Shown here: piece after piece, positions 53,755-62,090 of the stretch
Layout of the letters: the number at the start of each line of letters is the position of its first letter
How positions within the stretch are numbered: the stretch's first letter is position 1
Origin: an uncultured Planctomycetaceae bacterium
Lineage (GTDB): Bacteria > Planctomycetota > Planctomycetia > Planctomycetales > Planctomycetaceae
Assembly (NCBI GenBank): GCA_963815195.1
Contig: CAWFGE010000010.1
Location: forward strand, 128,001-192,000
Reading direction: 5' to 3'
DNA length: 64,000 nt
The notes under the pieces: generated by a model
What the model saw: the letters and a program-made list of their open reading frames with translations, nothing else
Told to the model about the DNA's origin: nothing
Databases searched by the model: none
Program-made: the position numbers and the translations under genes

Positions 53755-53820
53755 GTGAGCGGCAAGGCGCCAGCCGCCGGTTTTGCGTATCGAGCCGGCA
53801 GCCAGCGACTTGCCGCTCAC
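53755..53820. repeat. REP-like palindrome, copy 2
   Basis: GTGAGCGGCAAGGCGCCAGCCGCCGG...CCGGCAGCCAGCGACTTGCCGCTCAC. Confidence 0.75.
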
Positions 53821-53838
53821 GGATGGGCGCAAAAAAAA

Positions 53839-54021
53839 GACCTCCACCAAAGGTCCAACCGAAGCGAGTTGCCTGAACCCGTAGGTTCAGGTGGGCACCC
53901 TCCGCCCAGGTTGTGTGAGCCGAGACTCGCTCGGATATACACGCGGCTGGAACTGTCAGGGTTCCCTAATTGAAGTAGTTGTAGGGTTCGGCAAATCGTT
54001 CGTGTTGGATTTGGTAGAGGC
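53839..54021 (-). ncRNA. ssrS: 6S RNA
   Basis: Long closing rod CCUCUACCAAA/UUUGGUGGAGG, UCCAAC/GUUGGA, UUGCC/GGCAA, GAACC/GGUUC around a central bubble; 6S-type GGGAAC and GGUGCCCACCU elements; ~180 nt; followed by a U8 run. Confidence 0.82.
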
Positions 54022-54051
54022 TTCGCAATCCCTCAAGGATTGCTGTATTAG

Positions 54052-54080
54052 ATCCTAGCATTGCCCCCGAACCTCGGCAA
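54052..54080 (-). promoter_or_regulatory. Putative sigma70 promoter of the 6S RNA
   Basis: TTGCCG-17 bp-TAGGAT with TGn extension on the minus strand. Confidence 0.5.
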
Positions 54081-54182
54081 GGTGTCATCGTTCAGAATTC
54101 CCGCAGGGGGTTCCGTATGCCGGCCACATTTGTCACCCGGATCATGGTTCACCGAATCAAGATTTTGTGACAAATCATATCT

Positions 54183-55562
54183 TTATCCACCAGGTTTTTT
54201 CTTGCGAGTGAAGAGCAACACGATCAACAGCACCCCCACGCCCGCAACGACAGGGAACGCCACATAGCGGTCCGCCGGAAGTCGGCCCGTTTGATGCATC
54301 GGCAGGCGGGCCGCCAGGATGTCATCGTGACCGGGATAACGTCCTTCGGCCGCGATGCGGCCCGCGCCCCCCGCAAACGTGGAAATGCCTGAACTCGCGA
54401 GCCGGAACACGGGAATGCCGTATTCCCTGGCCCGCACGGGAACGAGTTTCGCATGAAGTTCGTGCTCCCACTCGCCCCAGGTGATCACGTCCACCGCCGG
54501 GATGATCAGCGCGTCGGCGTCCTGGCGGATCAACGGATCCATCAGCCGCGAATAGCTGAGGTCGTAACAGATGCCCACGCCCAATCGGCCCCAGGGTGAT
54601 TCCCACACCTGCTGCGTTTCGGCGGGAAGCCCGTCGTTGAAGAAGGGAATCGGCTGCGCTTTCGCCTGCCGAAACACGATCTTGCCCTCGGGCGAAACGA
54701 CGAAGATCGTGTCGTAAAACTCTTCGGAATCCGCGAGCGGATCCCGGCCGCCGGCCATCAGATATTTCTTGTGAAAAGCGCACCACGCCAGCACGCTCTC
54801 CGGGATCGGTCCGTCGAATGTGTATTCGCTCAACAGCAACAGATCGGCGTCGGGGGATTTGCGAATCATCAGATCCAAGCCCGCGAGGACTTGGGTCTCC
54901 GTGGGCGATTCCATTTGCATTCCCACCACGAGCGGCCCGTCGGCGGGTTCGTTTTGAACCGGGAAAGTGCAAATCCCGGCTCCCGCCGCCAGGCACGCCG
55001 CCAGCCAGAGAACACCCCACCGGCTGGGCAGCCGGTCGAAGACGGCGATCGCCAAGAGCACCAGAAAGCTGAATCCGTACACTCCGACCATGGCCAGCCC
55101 CGACCACCGCGGATCGGACAGAGCGAAACCGGGAATCAGCCAAGAGAAGCGGAGCGGATAAAGTTCGCTGCGAAAAAACTCCAAACCGAACCAGAGGAAC
55201 GGCAACAGCCATCCGCCGGACCTCGGCCAGCGGTCCAGAATCATTCGCCCCAACAACAGGTAGAAACCGAACCACAGCGCGAACACGCCCCACAGCCCGA
55301 TCGCTCCCCAACCGAAAATGCCGAACAGAAACCACAGATGCGGAACGCCGACGGCATACCCGAAGAGAAACCCCGCATAAAACGCCCAGCGCCGCGAGGG
55401 CAAGCGGGGCAGATAAAACATCGCGGCCAGGTACACCGCCACCAGAATCCCGGCGGGTTCCCAGAAGTAGGCGACGTGAAACGCCGTCAACCCGGCGGCC
55501 GCCCAGCCCGCGCTTTGCCAGCGCGTCAGAGCCGGAACCGCGGCGGGAATCGATTCACTCAT
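54183..55562 (-). CDS. lnt: Apolipoprotein N-acyltransferase-like (nitrilase fold, multi-TM)
   Basis: N-terminal TMs, EFFRS..FSW, catalytic-type E (LSEYT), K (KAQPIPF) and C (GICYD). Confidence 0.72.
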   Translation of the reverse strand: MSESIPAAVPALTRWQSAGWAAAGLTAFHVAYFWEPAGILVAVYLAAMFYLPRLPSRRWAFYAGFLFGYAVGVPHLWFLFGIFGWGAIGLWGVFALWFGFYLLLGRMILDRWPRSGGWLLPFLWFGLEFFRSELYPLRFSWLIPGFALSDPRWSGLAMVGVYGFSFLVLLAIAVFDRLPSRWGVLWLAACLAAGAGICTFPVQNEPADGPLVVGMQMESPTETQVLAGLDLMIRKSPDADLLLLSEYTFDGPIPESVLAWCAFHKKYLMAGGRDPLADSEEFYDTIFVVSPEGKIVFRQAKAQPIPFFNDGLPAETQQVWESPWGRLGVGICYDLSYSRLMDPLIRQDADALIIPAVDVITWGEWEHELHAKLVPVRAREYGIPVFRLASSGISTFAGGAGRIAAEGRYPGHDDILAARLPMHQTGRLPADRYVAFPVVAGVGVLLIVLLFTRKKKPGG

Positions 55563-55670
55563 CTCGGCACCGCCCTTGCCTGCGATTGATTTCCCGTTTC
55601 GGTTGATGGAGAATCGAAAGGATTGATTCGGGAGCCCGAACTTCACCGAAGACAGGAATCGAGGAACAGC

Positions 55671-57218
55671 ATGAAATTCCCGCTGGCTTTATTATTATCC
55701 GCCATTTGTTTGCCGGTTCAATCCCCCCGCGTGCTCGAAGCCGCCGATTCGCCCCCGGCAAAGCCCAACGTCATCGTGTTTCTGGTGGACGACATGGGCG
55801 TGATGGACACGTCGGTGCCGTTTCTCACCGATAAGGCGGGCCGGCCGAAACGGTATCCGCTCAACGATTACTACCGCACGCCGAACATGGAGCGCCTCGC
55901 CGAGCGCGGGATTCGCTTCAACAACTTTTACGCCATGAGCGTCTGCTCGCCCACGCGGGTTTCGATTATGACAGGGCAGAACGCGGCCCGGCATCGCACG
56001 ACGAACTGGATCAACCCCGACAAAAATAATCGAGGCCCGTTCGGTCCACCGGACTGGGATTGGGCGGGGTTGGATCGTCACGATGTCACGTTGCCGCGGT
56101 TGCTCGAAGGGGCCGGTTATCGCACGATCCACGTGGGCAAAGGCCACTTTGGGAACCGCGCGTCGGAAGGAGCTGAGCCTTTGAATCTGGGCTTCGGCAT
56201 CAACATCGGCGGAGCGTCGTTTGGGTCGCCCGGCAGTTATTACGGTGAGCAGAAATATGGACTCGGAACTCGGCGAGCCAGCAGCGCGGTCCCAAATCTC
56301 GACAAATACCACGGCACCGAAACGTTTTTGACGGAAGCCCTCACCCTCGAAACCAAACCCCGCCTGACCCAGGCCGTCAAAGACGGCAATCCGTTTTATC
56401 TTTACATGGCCCATTACGCGGTGCATGCGCCCTTCCAGTCCGATCCGCGGTTCGCCGAGCATTATAAGAACTCGAAAAAATCCGCCCCGGCCCAGGCCTT
56501 CGCCACGCTGATCGAAGGCATGGACAAGTCGCTCGGCGACATTCTCGATCACCTGGATGAACTCGGCGTCGCGGAGAACACGCTGGTCTTCTTCCTCGGC
56601 GACAACGGGTCCGACGCTCCTTTGGGAGACCCGCACGCCGTCGCCTGTGCCGCCCCGTTGCGGGGAAAGAAAGGGGCGCACTACGAAGGCGGAATGCGGG
56701 TGCCGTTCATCGCGGCGTGGGCCAAGCCGAGCCCCGAAAACCCGCATCAAAAACGCCTGCCGATCGCTGTCGGAGCGATCCAAAGCCAGCAGGCCGCGGT
56801 TTATGATCTGTTCCCCACGATCCTCGCCGTCGCCGGCGTCGATGCTCCGAAGAATCACCCCCTCGACGGCTCCCGGTTGGATGGGCTGCTCACGGGGCAC
56901 GCCGATCCCGCCCGCGAGGAAAAATTCCTCATGCACTATCCGCATTCCCCGCATCGCAGCGACTACTTCACCTGTTACCGCCACGGGGATTGGAAGGTGA
57001 TCTATCACTACTATCCCTCCGAAGCCTCGGAAGGCTCGCATTATCAGCTTTATCACCTGGCCGAGGATCCCTTCGAGCAGAAGAACCTGGCGAAACAAGA
57101 ACCCGAACGCCTGCGGTCGATGGTGCGGGAACTCATCGCGGGCCTGGAGCAGCAGCACGCGCTCTACCCCGTGGAAAAAGACGGCAAGGCCCCCCGCAAA
57201 CCGCAACTGCCTGAGTGA
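55671..57218 (+). CDS. Sulfatase
   Basis: PNVIVFLVDD, CSPTRVSIMTG, GKGH, GDNG, YEGGMRVP. Confidence 0.9.
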   Translation: MKFPLALLLSAICLPVQSPRVLEAADSPPAKPNVIVFLVDDMGVMDTSVPFLTDKAGRPKRYPLNDYYRTPNMERLAERGIRFNNFYAMSVCSPTRVSIMTGQNAARHRTTNWINPDKNNRGPFGPPDWDWAGLDRHDVTLPRLLEGAGYRTIHVGKGHFGNRASEGAEPLNLGFGINIGGASFGSPGSYYGEQKYGLGTRRASSAVPNLDKYHGTETFLTEALTLETKPRLTQAVKDGNPFYLYMAHYAVHAPFQSDPRFAEHYKNSKKSAPAQAFATLIEGMDKSLGDILDHLDELGVAENTLVFFLGDNGSDAPLGDPHAVACAAPLRGKKGAHYEGGMRVPFIAAWAKPSPENPHQKRLPIAVGAIQSQQAAVYDLFPTILAVAGVDAPKNHPLDGSRLDGLLTGHADPAREEKFLMHYPHSPHRSDYFTCYRHGDWKVIYHYYPSEASEGSHYQLYHLAEDPFEQKNLAKQEPERLRSMVRELIAGLEQQHALYPVEKDGKAPRKPQLPE

Positions 57219-57293
57219 CCTCATTAGCCGCAGGGCGGTAGCCCCGGTTCGTTTAACTTAAAACCTGAAACTGCATCTTCGCCGGCTCTGTGA

Positions 57294-58334
57294 ATGTCTG
57301 ATTTAAATCTCACGAATGCCCCGCGTTGGCGGCGGCGGATTTTGATTTTCGCGGGCGTGTCCCTGTTGTTGGGATGGGCCGCGAGCTGCGCGCTGTTCGT
57401 GGACGAGACGGAATCCGTCATCGTCGAACGCTTCGGATCGATCTCGGCGATTTACGACCGGGACTCGGACCGGGGCCTGCACTTCAAACTGCCTTGGCCC
57501 GTCGAAAGAGCCCGGCGGTTCGACAACCGCGTGCAGTTCCTGAACCTCCCCGCGCGGGAAATCTTGACTCGCGATAAAAAGAACATCACTCTCGACGCCT
57601 ACGTCGCTTGGAAAATCGCCGACCCGAGCGCCGACCTCGAAACCGAATGGGACCGCCGGCCGATCGTGCGGTTTTTTCGGTCGCTAGGCGATCGGGAGAT
57701 CGCCGCCGCGCAATTGGAGACGCGGATCAACTCCGTATTGACGTCGCGGTTTGGACAGGTCGAACTGGATCGGTTGTTGGACGTGGAGGATTCCGAAGCC
57801 GGCCCGAATGCGGATTCGCCCGGCATGCTCCAAAAGCTGGCTGATGAGATCCGCGAAGAGGTGTCCCGTTCCCAGGCGGAGGAAAGCCTCAACGAGCAGT
57901 TGGGGATCGAGATTGTGGATGTGGGTTTTCAGCGGTTGAATTTTCCCGAAGGCAACCGGGCCGCGGTTTACGAGCGCATGCGGAGCGAACGCCGGAAGAT
58001 GGCCGACCGCTACCGCGCGGAGGGACTCGCCGAGAGCAAACTGATCCACAGCCAGGCGGAATTGTGGGCGGTGACGCTTTTGGCGCGGGCCAAAGCGGAC
58101 GCCGAGCGAATCCGCGGCGAAGCCGAGGCCGAGGCCACGCGGGTGCTCAACGCGGCACATTTGCAGGACCGGGAATTTTACGCGCTGCTCCGCACGCTGG
58201 ACGGTTATCGTCGGATCATCAACCCGAACACCACCCTGGTCCTCTCGGCGTCAAGCCGATTGTTAAAACTCCTCACCGAAGGACTCCCGGAGACCGAAAA
58301 CACGGAACGCGTCACCCGCCCGTCATCTCAGTAG
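57294..58334 (+). CDS. hflC: SPFH-domain protease modulator HflC
   Basis: N-terminal TM, VERFG, GLHFKLPWP, LTRDKKN, LGIEIVDV, VYERMRSER, IRGEAEAEA, EFY..LRTL. Confidence 0.82.
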   Translation: MSDLNLTNAPRWRRRILIFAGVSLLLGWAASCALFVDETESVIVERFGSISAIYDRDSDRGLHFKLPWPVERARRFDNRVQFLNLPAREILTRDKKNITLDAYVAWKIADPSADLETEWDRRPIVRFFRSLGDREIAAAQLETRINSVLTSRFGQVELDRLLDVEDSEAGPNADSPGMLQKLADEIREEVSRSQAEESLNEQLGIEIVDVGFQRLNFPEGNRAAVYERMRSERRKMADRYRAEGLAESKLIHSQAELWAVTLLARAKADAERIRGEAEAEATRVLNAAHLQDREFYALLRTLDGYRRIINPNTTLVLSASSRLLKLLTEGLPETENTERVTRPSSQ

Positions 58335-58478
58335 TTCCAAAACGTTTGAAGAATTGTTTCGATTTTCTTGCGCCTCGCAAAGCAGTTTTTAGTTTTTCAG
58401 TAGTTCCGAATTTCGTGTGATTGTGGTGCAACCATTACGGCAGCATTGGCAGACGAGACGCCTGCACCAACAGGATTT

Positions 58479-58678
58479 AGGGCCGAAGGCCCGGCCCTAT
58501 GTCAGCCCAGGGCAAGCGCAGCGCCGCCCTGGGTTATGAATGATGATTGAAGCGCAAGCCCCAACGGGGCGGCGGATGTGGCACACTTCTCCAGTTTAGG
58601 ACCGCCCCGCGGGGGCTTTTGCATTTTGTTCGTTCCCGTTCCCAGGGCTGACTGACATAGAGCCGGACCTTCGGTCCT
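58479..58678. mobile_element. ~200-bp MITE/REP-like element
   Basis: 27-bp terminal IR AGGGCCGAAGGCCCGGCCCTATGTCAG / CTGACATAGAGCCGGACCTTCGGTCCT (3 mismatches); internal hairpins CCCAGGGC...GCCCTGGG and GCCCC..GGGGC; partial copy at 2919. Confidence 0.78.
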
Positions 58679-58704
58679 TATTTCGTAATTTGGAACGATT
58701 GGAA

Positions 58705-58789
58705 TTCCAATACCGCTTACTTCGTGCGCAGGCTCATTCGTTTTTTGTTCCAATACCGCTTACTTCCTGCGCGGCTCATTCGTTTTTTG
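58705..58789. repeat. Tandem duplication of a 43/42-bp unit
   Basis: TTCCAATACCGCTTACTTCGTGCGCAGGCTCATTCGTTTTTTG followed by TTCCAATACCGCTTACTTCCTGCGCGGCTCATTCGTTTTTTG. Confidence 0.85.
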
Positions 58790-58821
58790 GAATTACTGAA
58801 GCTGGGAAAGAATCTCAAGAA

Positions 58822-59623
58822 TTACGCGGCGGCGTCTTCCGATTCTGCCGCGGGATCGCTTTCCGGTTCGGCTTCCGCCGGTGATTCGGCGTCTACTTGT
58901 TCGGCTTCCGCCGCGTCGAATGGCGCTTGCGGTTTGCGGCGGAGGGTGTTCGCCATCGGCAGGTCGTCCAGCGACCGCATGCCGAACAGTTCCAGGAATT
59001 TCTTCGTCGTGTCGTAGAGATACGGCCGGCCCAAGGAATCTTCTTCGCCGCAGATCCGCACCAGCCCGCGCTCCATCAACTGCTTGAGCATCTCCGCGCA
59101 CTGCACGCCGCGAACCGCTTCGATGTCGGCCCGCGTGATCGGCTGCCGGTAGGCCACGATGGTCAACGTCTCCATCGCCGGCGAGGAGAGTTTCAGTTCA
59201 TTCTGCCGCTCGTGCAGCTTGTCGAGCCAAGGCGAATACGGCGGACGGGTCAAAAGTTGATACCCGGTCGCCACCCGCTCGATGCGGAACGGCGAGCCGT
59301 CGGCATCGTAAAAGTCATTGAGTTCTTCCAGAAGCCGGCGCGCCTCGGCGGCGTCGGCGAGCGTGGCAGCTTGCACCAGCTTGCGGATCGATAGCGCCTC
59401 CGTCCGCGACGAACAGCACCGCTTCCAGCCGGGCCAACTTTTCCGACCGCACGCCGGGCGAACCGGGCGAACTGGGCGAACCGCCGAGCGGATCGGTCTC
59501 GCTCGGCCGCCGGCACCAAAACGCCCACGTCCAGCCGTTCGCATCCGCGGCAACAGGAAGCGAACGCTCCGAGACCGATCGCGTCCCCCATTCCGCCGCC
59601 CATTCGCCGCCCGTCCATTCCAT
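58822..59623 (-). CDS. scpB: SMC-Scp complex subunit ScpB; single-base frameshift near 59400; start uncertain
   Basis: LEAVLFVA in one frame; then [60 protein letters not shown]. Confidence 0.85.
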
Positions 59624-59678
59624 GATGCCACCCCGCTGTTGTTTTGGACCTGTTTGAGACTCGGGTTTCGCATCCGCC

Positions 59679-60732
59679 TCAGTTGCGGGCGGTCCACGAC
59701 TCGACCTGCTCGAGGACTTTTCGCACGGCTTCCAACGGTTCCGCGGCCTCGGCTTCGAAGCGGCGGCTGATCCGCGGATTCCCGGATGGGCTATAAGTGC
59801 AGCGGAAGAGAAACTGCTGCCCCGCGGGATCGGGTTCCAGGTAGTACCGCTCGATTCCCAACGCCTGTAGCCGGACTCGCGCCGTGCGCCAGGTCAACGG
59901 CTCTGGCGGCTGCTTGATCGCAGGGATCGAGTTGGCGGGCGGAGAGGAAGCGGCCGGAGGAGTCGGCGCGAGGGACGGTTCCAACGCCGCCGTTTGTTTC
60001 GGGGCCGGTTCCGCATTCGGCGAGCCGAACAGCGTGCCGGGTGTCTTGGGCGTCTCGTTGGTGCGAGCTCCCGTGGGGGGATTGTCAAACGCAGTCTCGA
60101 CGACCGGCACCGTCGCATTCGCGGTTTCCGTCGGCGGCGGACCGGACCCTTCCAAATTCGCGAACGGATTTTTCGCTTCCGCCAAGACATCGCCGGGCAG
60201 TCCTTGCCGCGGTTCCGGCGGAAGGGAAGCGCGCCGGTGCGGAAGTCTCAGCCGCTTGCTCTTGGACCGTCCAGCCCTCGAGCGGTGTCTGCGGGTCGGT
60301 TTGCGTCGGGTTGACGGCTTGCCTCAAAAGCGGCTTTTCCTCAAGGGGTTGCTCGGCTGGCGACACGCGGACGGGGGCCTCGAAGGGATCCTCCCAGGAA
60401 CCATCGTGCGAAACAACCAGCGAGGCGTTTCGAAGATGAGGGTTTTGAGCCTGGGCGGGTGTTTGGGAGGCGGTGTCGTCGCTCTTCATCCGCAAATCGA
60501 CCGCGGGTTGGGTCGTCACGGGAGCAAACAGGTCCTCCGCGGAATGCCGGCCGCTGTGGGAATGCCCGATTTCGGATTCCAAGAGCGGCGGGGACAAATC
60601 GGGGATGGGAAGATTCTCGCCGCGGGATTTGGCCGCAAGCCAGGGAACGCCGAACCCCGCCAAAAACGGGACCGCCAACAGCGGAACGAACATTAACAAC
60701 GTGGCCATCAAACCAGGAGCTTTGGAACGCAT
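59679..60732 (-). CDS. Hypothetical membrane-anchored protein (N-terminal TM, Pro-rich linker, small C-terminal domain); apparent frameshift near 60240
   Basis: [22 protein letters not shown] start; C-terminal [21 protein letters not shown]...[22 protein letters not shown] in a second frame. Confidence 0.55.
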
Positions 60733-61052
60733 AAGCGGGGAACCTCCATGCTCAGCCGCGAATCGGTCACCAGGGAAACGGCCTCATTCGCATGCCGGCC
60801 CGATGATCGAAAACCGGCCGGGTCGAATGGGGCGTTCCGAATTATGCACTTTGCATGCCAAGCATTTCTCTTCTTGCCGCGGCCGCGCAAATTGGCATCG
60901 GATGTGCTTCTCATACAGGCATTCCGAAAAATCGCGGCACAAAATGCCCGAAACCAGCGCCTTTTTGCCGCGGCGGATCGGATCGCGCCGCGAAGGAATG
61001 TAAGTTTTACAACCCACTTTGCAATCTGTGCCGCGAGGAAAGGCGAGTCACG

Positions 61053-61907
61053 ATGGAGAACACTTTCAATTTTCACCGTGAACTTTTCTGGAAAGGGAGC
61101 CTGCTCTTATTCTCCCTATGTGCCGGGGCATTGCCGCAATTCGATCCGCAGCGGACCGTACGGGCCCAGGAACAAACGCCCCCGGCTCAAGACGTATCGC
61201 AGGCCAAGGAAATTCCGCCGGACCATCCGCTCACAGGCGTGCTTAGGCTCGCGAAGGCCAGCCGGGAGCGGATCAAAGCGGTCCCGGAATACGAATGCCG
61301 GTTCTTTAAGCGGGACCTGGTCAACGGCCGAGTCTATACCCATTCAACCCGAGTAAAGTTCCGCGCAAAGCCTTTGAGCGTTTACATGCGGTTCGATCAA
61401 CCCGCCGCGGGCCGCGAGGTGATCTATGTGGAAGGTCAAAACGGCGGCAAGCTGCTCGCGCACGAACCCGGGATCGGGGCGCTGGTGGGCACGATCGCGA
61501 TTCCGCCCAACAGTCCGCAGGCCCTCTCGGAAAGCCGGCATCCGATCTCCGAGTTCGGCATGGAAAATCTGTTAAACGGGGCCATCGACCAATGGGAAGG
61601 CGAAGCCCAGTTCGCCGCGGCCGAAACCGAAGCGAAATACTACCCCAAGGCCAAACTCCACAAGATGGAATGCCAGGTGATCGAAACCCGGCACCCGGTG
61701 CAGCGGCGGCAGTTTCCGTTCTATATGACCCGGCTGTACATCGACAACAAGACCCTGCTCCCGGTGCGGCTCGAGCAATACGGCTTTCCCCGAAAAGCCG
61801 GCGAAAAACCGCCGCTGATCGAGGAATACACCTACTATGAAGTCCGCCCCAACGCCGAGCTGAGCGACCGCGATTTCGATCCCCGCAACCCCGGCTACGG
61901 TTTTTAG
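61053..61907 (+). CDS. DUF1571 domain protein
   Basis: Signal peptide; HPL, KFRAKPLSVYM, GREVIYVEGQN, SRHPISEFG, LPVR, LIEEYTY, DFDPRNPGYGF. Confidence 0.82.
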   Translation: MENTFNFHRELFWKGSLLLFSLCAGALPQFDPQRTVRAQEQTPPAQDVSQAKEIPPDHPLTGVLRLAKASRERIKAVPEYECRFFKRDLVNGRVYTHSTRVKFRAKPLSVYMRFDQPAAGREVIYVEGQNGGKLLAHEPGIGALVGTIAIPPNSPQALSESRHPISEFGMENLLNGAIDQWEGEAQFAAAETEAKYYPKAKLHKMECQVIETRHPVQRRQFPFYMTRLYIDNKTLLPVRLEQYGFPRKAGEKPPLIEEYTYYEVRPNAELSDRDFDPRNPGYGF

Positions 61908-61931
61908 ACATCGCTTCGCAACGAACCAAAT

Positions 61932-61967
61932 AAAAGCCGTCGTAAGCCCCGCTTCCGACGGCTTTTT
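61932..61967 (+). terminator. Intrinsic terminator (possibly bidirectional)
   Basis: AAAAGCCGTCGTAAGC-CCC-GCTTCCGACGGCTTTTT hairpin with T-tract just after the DUF1571 gene. Confidence 0.7.
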
Positions 61968-62090
61968 GCATGCGCTATAAGGAGCGAACCGCTGCGCACG
62001 GTGGAAAAAGCGATGCCTTGCTGAAACAATAAACAACCTGAAGTCTTTCCATCCGGTTCAATTTTTCTCCTTTCCGTTACGGGGGCAATT

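Noticed and set aside
58705..58789. Possible mini CRISPR array
   Set aside because: Two abutting units with no spacer and no cas genes; it is a tandem duplication.
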